Position numbers and translations under genes: made by a program. 64,000 bases of DNA, from contig OZ243972.1 in NCBI GenBank assembly GCA_965214705.1, forward strand, positions 4,064,001 through 4,128,000, read 5' to 3'. The notes beneath the pieces were generated by a model. The model was given only the letters and a program-made list of their open reading frames with translations, was not told the DNA's origin and made no database searches. Source of the DNA: Alphaproteobacteria bacterium (lineage in GTDB: Bacteria > Pseudomonadota > Alphaproteobacteria > UBA828). This document shows positions 1 through 8,738 of the stretch, one piece after another. Position 1 is the first letter of the stretch; the number at the start of each line of letters is the position of its first letter.

Positions 1-1511
1 TTCAGGCTTCGGAATGTCGCCTCGATATCCGTGATCCGCCAGTACGTCCGCAGGACCGTCTCGATATCCCAGTCGACGTGGCTGGTGCGCAGCACATAGG
101 CGCCCGCGCCCTCATCGGCCTCGTCGTATCGCGGCCTGCGCTTGAAGCGCACGGCGGTGGCATTGGGGCCGGTGTCCGCCTTCTCGACCGTGATCTCGTA
201 GTGCCTGGCGACGGCGGAGAAGCGCTGCTTGAGGCGGCCTATGCTCTCCAGCACCTTGTCGTAGCGCTTGAGGCGGCCCTTGACCGCAAGGCCGCCGTGG
301 AGCCTTTGCAGCGCCGCCTCGAAGCGGTTCCGCCTCAGGCCGATGATCGCGTTCTCGGCCTTCTTCTTGCCCTCGCTGACGACGTAGAGCCGCGCCTCGC
401 CGTCCTCGCTGGCAAGCCGCCAGGCCCGCACCTCGTGGCGCGCGCTGGTGATCAGCAGGGCCTCGGGTCCGCCCTCGGGCGGCGCAGGCCTGGCACCGCG
501 GCTGACCGCGATCCAGTCGTAGCCCTGCTCGCCCAGCCAGACGATGTTCTCCTCGGTGGCGATGCCCGCGTCCATGACCACCGTGGGCTTCGCCGCCGTG
601 CCGCCGCATACCGCCTCGAGCCGGGCCAGCGCCTCGTGCAGCGTGCCCGGCTCGCTCACGTTGCCGGGCAGGATCTCGCAACTGCGCGGGAAGCCCGCAC
701 CGTCGAGCGCCAGCGCCAGCGTGATGAGGGGACAGTCGTCGCGCTTCTGCTTGGAGCGCCCGAACCTGGGAAGCTCGCCGTCGGTGTGGCCGTGGTAGTG
801 GACGTTGGTGAGATCGTAGAAGGCGATCGTCTCGGGCAGGTCGAGCAGCGCGCGCTCACGGTTGAACAGTTCCCTCTGGATGGCGGCCCGGTGGCGCCAG
901 AGCAGGTCGCCGATGCGGTAGAGCGTCTTGCGCCGCAGCGCCTTGCGGTCGCCCTCCAGGCCCAGGAGCTCGGCGGCCGCGCTGTCGTGGCGGAGCCAGC
1001 GGCTGGTATCACGCTCGCTGGCGGGATGGACCATCCTGGCGACGATCAGCGCGCTGGCGATGCGTCCGTCGCGGCCCTTGATGTCGAGGCCGTGGAGGAT
1101 TTCGGCGAAGCCAAGGTCGTCGAGGGCCTTGAGGCACAGGCGCTCGCAGCCGACGGTGCGCGGGTTCTCATGCTCCAGGGTATCGAGGTCGACGGTGGCG
1201 ATCTCGGGCTTGCGCGCCTCTTCCTGCATCGCCTCGGCACGGAACCCCCTGGCCCTGAGCTTGGCGACGATGTCCTCGGCTGCGGCCTGCACGTCCGGGA
1301 CGGCTTGGAGCAGCGGCGGGCGGCCGTGCAGCAGCGCCTCGGCGAGTTCGGCCACTTCGCGCCATTTCTCCTTCGGCACCGGATAGTCGGTGCCGAGGTT
1401 GAGGAGCGTGCGCTGCCTGACCTTGTCGCCGATGCGCTGGGAGAGCACGAGGCGATGGCTTCGGACGGGCTTGCCGTCGGTGGTGTGGGTCTTGGTTGCC
1501 CTGATGAACAT
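1..1511 (-). CDS. IS1634-family DDE transposase (3' end outside window)
   Basis: Same frame as the complete copy at 36259-38088: MFIR...RQRTLLNLG, FYDLT, GRSKQKRDDCP, VMDAGIATE. Confidence 0.88.
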   Translation of the reverse strand, partial: MFIRATKTHTTDGKPVRSHRLVLSQRIGDKVRQRTLLNLGTDYPVPKEKWREVAELAEALLHGRPPLLQAVPDVQAAAEDIVAKLRARGFRAEAMQEEARKPEIATVDLDTLEHENPRTVGCERLCLKALDDLGFAEILHGLDIKGRDGRIASALIVARMVHPASERDTSRWLRHDSAAAELLGLEGDRKALRRKTLYRIGDLLWRHRAAIQRELFNRERALLDLPETIAFYDLTNVHYHGHTDGELPRFGRSKQKRDDCPLITLALALDGAGFPRSCEILPGNVSEPGTLHEALARLEAVCGGTAAKPTVVMDAGIATEENIVWLGEQGYDWIAVSRGARPAPPEGGPEALLITSARHEVRAWRLASEDGEARLYVVSEGKKKAENAIIGLRRNRFEAALQRLHGGLAVKGRLKRYDKVLESIGRLKQRFSAVARHYEITVEKADTGPNATAVRFKRRPRYDEADEGAGAYVLRTSHVDWDIETVLRTYWRITDIEATFRSL

Positions 1512-1737
1512 GTCGCCCGTCGCGAGATTGTTGCGAGGGGCCAAGATTTGTCGGCTTGGGGTCTGGGGTCAAGGGAAAATCGTCAATACCTAACAACTCC
1601 TGGCACTACAACGCGCTTCCAGCGCCTCAATTACACATATAGTGGCATCATCTCGGAGCTACCCCAATATGTGGTACTTCGGTCCGCAAAATATGGGCAG
1701 ACCGGCATTGAGCAACCGGAAAAAGTGCCAACTTGGG
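1..1737 (-). mobile_element. IS1634-family insertion sequence, copy 1 (left end outside window)
   Basis: Near-identical to 36578-38314 (offset 36577; two substitutions noticed). Terminal repeat AAAAGTGCCAACTTGGG ends at 1737. Confidence 0.9.
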
Positions 1738-1822
1738 TCAAGTCCACCGACGACTGCATCGCATGCAGAATCGCCAAGTTGGCGGGGCAAAGGTCTTGCG
1801 CCCTTGGTCTTGCGCGTCAGGA

Positions 1823-1856
1823 AATATAGCATGCGCGATATCGCGCGTGTTATATT
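1823..1856. promoter_or_regulatory. 34-bp imperfect palindrome upstream of the defence operon, candidate operator
   Basis: AATATAGCATGCGCGAT|ATCGCGCGTGTTATATT, 15/17 paired, about 45 bp upstream of a gene with an N-terminal XRE HTH. Confidence 0.5.
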
Positions 1857-1901
1857 GTGGAAAGCTCCTTATCATAAGAATCGTTTGTCCGGCGAGCGGC
1901 G

Positions 1902-4900
1902 ATGCGAACGGCAGACCACGACATTCCCGAAGATTACCCGATACGAGTCAAGGACTTGCGGGAGCGGCTCGGGCTGACGCAGACGCAGATGGCGGAGCGC
2001 ATCGGCGTGTCGTTCGCGACGGTGAACCGATGGGAGAACCGCCAGTCCAAGCCGACACGCCTGCCTTGGCAACAGATCGTCGATCTGGAAGCCGAATTGC
2101 GGGCACCGACACGGCAAGCGGAACCGGCCGCTGTGCCATCGGCGGCGGCACTCGACTTCGCGGCGAAACCAGAGGCGGTCGTTGCGGTCGCCGAGGCGAC
2201 CCGCCTCGCCTACGGCCACCTCTCCAATCCTGCCTTCGCCGCCGAGATCTCCTCGATCGACCCTCTGCCGCACCAGCGCATTGCCGTCTACGAGCACATG
2301 CTCGGCCAGTCGCCGCTGCGGTTCCTGCTCGCCGACGACGCTGGCGCCGGCAAGACGATCATGACGGGGCTTTACCTCCGGGAAATGCTTGCGCGCCGTC
2401 TCGTCACGCGGGTTCTCGTGGTGCCACCGGCTGGCCTCGTCGGCAACTGGGAACGTGAGATGCGCACACTGTTCCGCCTCCCGTTTCGCATCGCGCGCGG
2501 CGCCGATGCCCGCGCCGGAAACCCGTTCGCCGGGCCGGAGAGCGACCGCCTGATCGCCAGTATCGACACGCTCGCCGGCGAGCGCATGTTCGGGCGTTTG
2601 CGCGAGGCGGTGGCTTCGGGTGCCACGCGCCCTTACGACCTCGTGGTGTTCGACGAGGCTCACAAGCTGGCTGCGAATCGCGAACAGGATTTCTACGTCC
2701 GCAAGACCGACCGCTACCGCCTCGCCGAGGCGCTGGCCGGCCTGCCGGCGGATGACGATCGGTGGCGCCTCGGCTGGTCGGCGCCGAACATCCTGCTGCT
2801 GACCGCGACGCCGCATATGGGCAAGGACTTCCCCTACTACTGCCTGTGGCGGCTTCTCGCGCCGGACGCACTGGCGACCTTCGATGCGTTCGAGACCTTC
2901 CCGGAGGCGCAGCGCCGACGTCACTTCATCCGCCGCACCAAGGAGGAGATGGTTCGTTTCGACGGACGGCCCCTCTATCCGCAACGGAACTGCGATACCC
3001 TCAGCTACGCGCTGAGTCCGGCGGAGCAGGATCTCTACGACGCGACGACGCGGTACATCGGCGAGACCTACAACAAGGCGCGCATTCTGAACCGCTCCGC
3101 CGCGCGCCTCGCCATGAGCGTGTTCCAGCGCCGCCTCGCCAGCTCGACCTACGCGCTGATGCGCTCGTTCGAGCGTCGCCTCGACCGGCTGGACCAGGCC
3201 ATCGCACTGGTGCGCGCGGGCCGCAGCGACGAGTTGGAGCGGCATCAGACGCGGATCGGAAACGCGCCCGATTTCTTCGAATCCCGGACGGCCGACGAGG
3301 ACGCGGACGACGACGGCGAGCGGGAGCGTCACGAAGCGTTCGAGGAGATGGCGCTCGGCGGTCTCGCAGCGATCGCTCTTGCGGAGCTTCGGGAAGAGCG
3401 GGCTGAGGTCGGGGCCCTTCTCGCTCAGGCACGTTGTCTCGCCGAGTCCGGTGAGGATTCCAAATTCGAGACGCTGCGCGCGGTCATGGCCGATCCGGCT
3501 TTCGCCCGCGAGAAGCTCATCGTCTTCACCGAACACCGCGACACGGCGGAGTTCCTGGTGCGCCGCCTGGAGGGGCTCGGCTTCACGGGGCGGGTCGCTC
3601 TAATCCATGGCGGGCTCGACTACCGCGAGCGCGAGGCCCAGGTCGACCTGTTCCGCCGTTCGGCGGATTGCGGCGGGGCCAGCTATCTGGTCGCCACCGA
3701 CGCCGCCGGCGAGGGCATCAATCTCCAGTTCTGTTGGCTGATGGCGAACTACGACGTGCCGTGGAACCCGGCGCGCCTGGAACAGCGGATGGGGCGCATC
3801 CACCGCTACGGGCAGACGCGCGACCCGGTGGTGATCGTCAACCTCATCGCCGGAGAGACGCGCGAAGGGCGAGTCCTCAAGGTGCTTCTCGACAAGCTCG
3901 AGGCAATCCGCAAACAGCTCCGTTCCGACAAGGTGTTCGATGTCGTGGGGCGCCTGTTCGAGAACGTCCCGCTCAAGGACTATCTGGAGAAGGCGGCGAC
4001 GGAGGACGGCGCCCGCGACGCCGTCGAAGACCTCGACGACCGCCTGACGCCGGAGCGGGTGGCCGCCGTCGACGAGCGGGAGCGCGCCCTGTACGGGGAC
4101 GGCGAGGTGCGCGGCCGCCTCCCCGAGATTAACACGGCCATGGAGCGGGAACAGTATCGCCGCCTGCTCCCCGGTTACGTCCGCCGTTTCGTCGAGACCG
4201 CGGCGCCTCTGATCGACCTGCGGCTGGAAGGCGACGAAAGCGGAGTCTTCAACTTCGTGCCCGAACGCCCGCGCGCGGCCGACGACGTGCGTGGCGCTAT
4301 GGACATCTACCCCGAGGGGATGCGGGGCCGCTTGACGGTCCACCGCCCGGAAGACGGTAACGGCGCCATCTGGATGCACCCCGGCGAATCGGTGTTCGAG
4401 CGCTTCTGCGCCGCTCTCCTGGCGCGCCGCGGCAATGAGGCTCGCCGGGGCGCGATCTTCGTCGATCCCCATGCGGAGGCACCATACCTCCTTCATCTGG
4501 CCCAAGCGTCGGTAGTGCGCCGCGGCGGGGAGCGGTCGGAGACGGTCGAGACCCGCCCGATCGGACTGCGGCAGGAGAGCGATGGCGTCGTCTCGCTCTG
4601 CCCGCTGGAGCATCTGCTTCTGCTGCGCGGTGCAGGCGGCATCGCACCCGGCGGCATTCCGCTGGCCCGGTCGGCGCGCGGGCTGACGGAAAACGCGGAG
4701 GAATGGCTGAAGGACGAGGTGCTCCGCACGGCAACGGAACACCGTGCGCACATCGAGGAGTCGCTGCCGGAACGACGCCGTTGGATCACGCGCGGCTACG
4801 ACCACAAGACAGCGGAACTGATGGCGCGGCGCCGGCGCGTGAGCGAGGAGGCGCGTCGGGGCGATGCGGGCGCGCAGGCGGAGCTTGCCGTCGTGAGGGA

Positions 4901-5468
4901 AGAACAGAGCCGACTCGTCGCGGAAAAGCGGCGCGCGCTGGCGTCGCTGGACGGGGAGCCGTCCCAGATCGAGCCCGGCGAGACGACGATGATCACCCAC
5001 GCGCTGGTCGTGCCGACGCACGATCCCGAGGAGCGCCAGCGGCACGACGCGGACGTCGAGGCCATCGCCATGGATCTCGCCCGCGTCCACGAGGAAGCGG
5101 CTGGCGCTGCGGTGCGCGACGTGTCGCGGCCGGCACTCGCGCGCCGCGAGGGGCTCGGCGATTGGCCCGGCTTCGACCTCCGCTCGCTGCGTCCCGCCGG
5201 TGCGCATGGGCCGGCCGAGGACCGCGCCGTAGAGGTCAAGGGCCGCGCCGAGACCGGCGCCGTAGAGGTGAGCGAGAACGAGTGGGCGGCGGCCTGCAAC
5301 CTGCGGGACCGTTACTGGCTCTACGTCGTCTTCGACTGCGCCACCCCCCGGCCGCGCCTGGTCAAGGTCCGCGACCCGTTCGGCCGACTCCTGGCCACGG
5401 CGAAGGGGAGCGTCGTCATCGCCGAATCCGAAATACTGGCGGCGAGTGCGGATGAGGTGGGCCCATGA
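1902..5468 (+). CDS. SNF2-family helicase with N-terminal XRE HTH and C-terminal DUF3883-like nuclease domain
   Basis: LGLTQTQMAERIGVSFATVNRWE (HTH); LADDAGAGKT, DEAH, TATPH, TDAAGEGINLQ, QRMGRIHRYGQ (SF2 motifs); GFDLRS...VEVKG...SENEW (PD-D/ExK-like). Confidence 0.92.
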   Translation: MRTADHDIPEDYPIRVKDLRERLGLTQTQMAERIGVSFATVNRWENRQSKPTRLPWQQIVDLEAELRAPTRQAEPAAVPSAAALDFAAKPEAVVAVAEATRLAYGHLSNPAFAAEISSIDPLPHQRIAVYEHMLGQSPLRFLLADDAGAGKTIMTGLYLREMLARRLVTRVLVVPPAGLVGNWEREMRTLFRLPFRIARGADARAGNPFAGPESDRLIASIDTLAGERMFGRLREAVASGATRPYDLVVFDEAHKLAANREQDFYVRKTDRYRLAEALAGLPADDDRWRLGWSAPNILLLTATPHMGKDFPYYCLWRLLAPDALATFDAFETFPEAQRRRHFIRRTKEEMVRFDGRPLYPQRNCDTLSYALSPAEQDLYDATTRYIGETYNKARILNRSAARLAMSVFQRRLASSTYALMRSFERRLDRLDQAIALVRAGRSDELERHQTRIGNAPDFFESRTADEDADDDGERERHEAFEEMALGGLAAIALAELREERAEVGALLAQARCLAESGEDSKFETLRAVMADPAFAREKLIVFTEHRDTAEFLVRRLEGLGFTGRVALIHGGLDYREREAQVDLFRRSADCGGASYLVATDAAGEGINLQFCWLMANYDVPWNPARLEQRMGRIHRYGQTRDPVVIVNLIAGETREGRVLKVLLDKLEAIRKQLRSDKVFDVVGRLFENVPLKDYLEKAATEDGARDAVEDLDDRLTPERVAAVDERERALYGDGEVRGRLPEINTAMEREQYRRLLPGYVRRFVETAAPLIDLRLEGDESGVFNFVPERPRAADDVRGAMDIYPEGMRGRLTVHRPEDGNGAIWMHPGESVFERFCAALLARRGNEARRGAIFVDPHAEAPYLLHLAQASVVRRGGERSETVETRPIGLRQESDGVVSLCPLEHLLLLRGAGGIAPGGIPLARSARGLTENAEEWLKDEVLRTATEHRAHIEESLPERRRWITRGYDHKTAELMARRRRVSEEARRGDAGAQAELAVVREEQSRLVAEKRRALASLDGEPSQIEPGETTMITHALVVPTHDPEERQRHDADVEAIAMDLARVHEEAAGAAVRDVSRPALARREGLGDWPGFDLRSLRPAGAHGPAEDRAVEVKGRAETGAVEVSENEWAAACNLRDRYWLYVVFDCATPRPRLVKVRDPFGRLLATAKGSVVIAESEILAASADEVGP

Positions 5469-6289
5469 AGGTTTGCTATGTCGACGAAAGCGGTAATGCG
5501 GCGCAGGACCCGTGTCTGGTCATGGTCGGCATCCTGGTGGACTCCCTGCGATTGCACAGAACGCAGAAGGAGTTCGCTGAGGTCTTCGACACTGTTCAGG
5601 GGTTGTTCGCCGAGAACCTTCGTGAGCTGAAGGGGTCGAAGATGATTCTCGGACGTGATCGTTGGCGAAAGGTGGATCCCGATATACGGAAACAGATTGC
5701 CAGCTACTTCTGCGACTGGATTGGTCGGAGAAAACATCGCCTAATCGTCACTGCTATCGACCGCGCGAAACTGAAGGAGCTCGACAAGGATGGAGAGCCG
5801 GCCGAACGCCGGGATAGCTGGCTGACGGCAGGACTGCATGTGGCTCTTCAGATTCAGAAGACCAATCAGAAGAGCGGCAGCAACAAGGGGCACACATTCT
5901 TGATCTTCGATGACAATAAAGTTAAGGCAGACACGCTCAGCGACCTCCTCTGGAAGCCACCGACTTGGACGGACAATTACTACGGAAGAAAAAAGAAACA
6001 GGATCCACTCGATCAGATTATCGACACGACGTTCTCGATTAAATCGCACCACGCGGGCTTGGTCCAAGTAGCCGATCTATTCGCCTTCATTCTGCGCCGC
6101 TACGTGGAGATCGAGGACTACGACGCCAAGCAGGCATGGCCCGGTGAGAAGGCGTTGATCGACGATTATGTGGATGCGCTCGCCAGTCGGCTTCTCCCCA
6201 AGTCCGTGCGATGGCCGGAGCGCACTGGAAGCAGCGCTGCGAAATGGTTCAACGGGATTGCTCCCCCTTCCCTGAGAGCGCTTGGGTAG
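5465..6289 (+). CDS. DUF3800-family protein
   Basis: N-terminal YVDESG, ELKG, C-terminal VQVADLFAF; ATGA overlap with the helicase. Confidence 0.8.
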   Translation: MKVCYVDESGNAAQDPCLVMVGILVDSLRLHRTQKEFAEVFDTVQGLFAENLRELKGSKMILGRDRWRKVDPDIRKQIASYFCDWIGRRKHRLIVTAIDRAKLKELDKDGEPAERRDSWLTAGLHVALQIQKTNQKSGSNKGHTFLIFDDNKVKADTLSDLLWKPPTWTDNYYGRKKKQDPLDQIIDTTFSIKSHHAGLVQVADLFAFILRRYVEIEDYDAKQAWPGEKALIDDYVDALASRLLPKSVRWPERTGSSAAKWFNGIAPPSLRALG

Positions 6290-6294
6290 AGTAT

Positions 6295-6828
6295 ATGACC
6301 GCGCAAAGGAAGATATTGATCATCGCCGGGCCGAACGGGGCGGGAAAGACGACCTTCGCGACGGAGTTCCTGCCGAACGAAGCCCATTGCCCGACGTTCG
6401 TCAACGCGGATTCGATCGCTGCGGGGTTGAGCCCATTCAGGCCGTCTTCCGTCGCGCTCCGAGCCGGCCGTCTGATGATCGAGACGATCCACGAGTATGC
6501 GGCCAGGGGCGAGAGCTTCGCCTTCGAGACGACCTTGAGCGGACGCGGCCACGCCCGTTCGATCCCCCTCTGGCAGCAGCAAGGCTATCATGTGAAGCTG
6601 TTTTTCTTGCGACTGCCGACACCGGAAGCGGCAATCGCCCGTGTCCGGCAGCGCGTGTCGGAAGGGGGGCACGATGTGCCCGAGGCGGTCGTTCGTCGAC
6701 GTTTTTACTCTGGATGGCACAACTTCGAGCGCGTCTATCGGGATCTGGTCGACGAATGGGCGGTGTACGACAACTCCGGGGCTGTTCCGGTCTTGCTTGC
6801 GAAGGGAGGCACAGATGAAACAGGATGA
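6295..6828 (+). CDS. Zeta-toxin-like P-loop kinase/ATPase
   Basis: IIAGPNGAGKTT, FVNAD, SFAFETTLSG, RVSEGGHDVP, YDNS. Confidence 0.88.
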   Translation: MTAQRKILIIAGPNGAGKTTFATEFLPNEAHCPTFVNADSIAAGLSPFRPSSVALRAGRLMIETIHEYAARGESFAFETTLSGRGHARSIPLWQQQGYHVKLFFLRLPTPEAAIARVRQRVSEGGHDVPEAVVRRRFYSGWHNFERVYRDLVDEWAVYDNSGAVPVLLAKGGTDETG

Positions 6829-7009
6829 GTCCGACCATCCGAAGACGGCGGAAACCGCGCGCGACCGCGAGCTTGCCGGCGCCACGGCGGCGATGCACCG
6901 GGCCGCCAGTCGCGCCCGGCGCCGGGCGGCGGCGAACGGAACCCCCATCGCCGTGTTCGAGGACGGAAAGGTCGTCTGGGTGAGAGTCGATGACAAAGCG
7001 GAGTCATAG
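6815..7009 (+). CDS. Small 64-aa partner of the Zeta-like ATPase, putative antitoxin
   Basis: MKQDESD...AMHRAASRARRRAAANGTPIAVFEDGKVVWV; GGAGG RBS; overlaps the upstream gene. Confidence 0.65.
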   Translation: MKQDESDHPKTAETARDRELAGATAAMHRAASRARRRAAANGTPIAVFEDGKVVWVRVDDKAES

Positions 7010-7352
7010 CGTCGGCGCGGCGCAGGTCGACGACGCCCTCATCCAGCGGATGGTGACCGCGATCGTGGACGAGGTGGACCCCGAACAGGTGATCCTGTTC
7101 GGCTCCCGTGCGCGCGGCGACGCCGGGATGCACGCGGACATCGATCTGATCGTCGTCGAGGCCGCGCCCTTCGGCGAAGGCCGGAGCCGCAACGCCGAGG
7201 AGACCCGCCTGTGGCGGGCGCTCGCGCGCTTCCACGTGCCGAAGGACCTTCTGGTCTACAGCCGCGACGAGGTGGAGTACTGGCGCGACTCTCTCAATCA
7301 CGTGCTCGCGCGTGCGCTCCGCGAAGGCAGGGTGCTCTATGATCGATCTTAA
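6990..7352 (+). CDS. Minimal nucleotidyltransferase (MNT) antitoxin
   Basis: VILFGSRARGD...DIDLIVV...DLLV motif. Confidence 0.9.
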   Translation: MTKRSHSVGAAQVDDALIQRMVTAIVDEVDPEQVILFGSRARGDAGMHADIDLIVVEAAPFGEGRSRNAEETRLWRALARFHVPKDLLVYSRDEVEYWRDSLNHVLARALREGRVLYDRS

Positions 7353-7737
7353 GGAAGCCCGCGCGCTCGCGGTGGCGGCGGAACGGGACGTCGCCGCCCT
7401 TCGCGGCATGGGCGACGCGGCGGTGTTCGCCGACGAGTTTTTTGGCTTCCACGTGCAGCAGGCGGCCGAGAAGCTGCTCAAGGCTTGGCTCGCACTGCTG
7501 GGCGAGACCTACCCGCTGTCGCACGACCTGGCGGCGCTTCTGGACATGTTGGCGGCACGCGGCGTGGACATCGCACGGTTCGACGGACTGGTGGACTACA
7601 CGCGCTTTGCCGTTCGCCTGCGTTACGCGGGCGCCGATCCCGGCGCGGGGACGCTCGACCGCGGCGCGGCGCTCGGGCGGGTGGACGTCCTCCTCGAAGC
7701 CGTGCGGCGGCGCCTGAGGGAGGCGCAAGGGTTCTGA
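7339..7737 (+). CDS. HEPN-domain protein (MNT-HEPN pair)
   Basis: FHVQQAAEKLLKAWL...SHDLAALL...RY; overlaps the MNT gene. Confidence 0.88.
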   Translation: MIDLKEARALAVAAERDVAALRGMGDAAVFADEFFGFHVQQAAEKLLKAWLALLGETYPLSHDLAALLDMLAARGVDIARFDGLVDYTRFAVRLRYAGADPGAGTLDRGAALGRVDVLLEAVRRRLREAQGF

Positions 7738-7739
7738 CG

Positions 7740-8738
7740 ATGGTGGACGTGAACCTCAAGGTCCCGGGGCTCGAAAAGCTCGCGGACTACGCCGCCAGCG
7801 GTATCGGCGCGGTGGCGGGTCCGATGCTGGCGACATGGAAAGCGCGGCAGGACGCGAAGGCCAGGCTCGTCGAGGCAAAAGCCGAGGCGGACAGCCTGAA
7901 GCTCATCGCCGACGCCCAGGCCGACGCGCGCCGCTCCCTCGTCGCGCCGGACGAGGCGGGAGGCGGGACGCTGAGCATCGGCCCGGATGGCATCGCGCAG
8001 CGGATTGAATTCCAGGAGAAGAAGCGGCAGGCGAACATTGCTTCCGTCGTCGGGGACGCCGCGGCCAACCTCGGTGACAGGGAGGTGCCCGACCACGAAC
8101 CCGATCCCGATTGGACCGCGCGGTTCTTCGATCGCGTTCAGGATGTCTCCTCGGAGGATATACGGAAACTCTGGGCGAAGGTGCTCTCGGGAGAAGTTGA
8201 AGCACCGGGGAGGACATCGCTTCGCACACTGGATGTTCTCAAGAATATGACACTAAGGGATGCACAAGTATTCAAGGATGCATGCGATTTTGTCATTGAC
8301 GATTTTATATATTATCCTAAAGAATTTCAAACGGACCATCCAACGTTACGTTTCGGCAATATACTACTCCTTGAAAATATCGGTCTCGTTTACATATCTA
8401 CCTTTCTTACAAAAAGCCTGAAATTTCTACCGAGCAATAAACAGTTCCTTTTTCGTTATCAGGACAAACTTCTCAGAATCTCAGCCCAAAACGATTCGCT
8501 GAACGTTAAAATTCCGGAGATTCTTCTCACTGCTCCCGGAACAGAACTCTATCGTATTCTAGAGTGCGCCATTCGCATGGACTACCTGCAATCCTTCTCG
8601 AGTTTTCTGAGGGGAGTTAATTGCGAACTGTCTTATGCTCAAATTGTCGAAACACTTCCCGACGGGCGTTTCACACATACCAACTCATTCGTTCCAGTCG
8701 AACCGCAACCCGAACAACCCGGCGACGCAGCGCCATGA
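7740..8738 (+). CDS. DUF2806-family protein
   Basis: QANIASV...PDPDWTARFFDRVQDVSSEDIRKLWAKVLSGEVEAPGRTSLRTLDVLKNM. Confidence 0.8.
   Translation: MVDVNLKVPGLEKLADYAASGIGAVAGPMLATWKARQDAKARLVEAKAEADSLKLIADAQADARRSLVAPDEAGGGTLSIGPDGIAQRIEFQEKKRQANIASVVGDAAANLGDREVPDHEPDPDWTARFFDRVQDVSSEDIRKLWAKVLSGEVEAPGRTSLRTLDVLKNMTLRDAQVFKDACDFVIDDFIYYPKEFQTDHPTLRFGNILLLENIGLVYISTFLTKSLKFLPSNKQFLFRYQDKLLRISAQNDSLNVKIPEILLTAPGTELYRILECAIRMDYLQSFSSFLRGVNCELSYAQIVETLPDGRFTHTNSFVPVEPQPEQPGDAAP

Noticed and set aside
78-1829. 583-aa + strand ORF and its 696-aa twin at 36286-38376
   Set aside because: Antisense shadow of the IS1634 transposase; no motifs.
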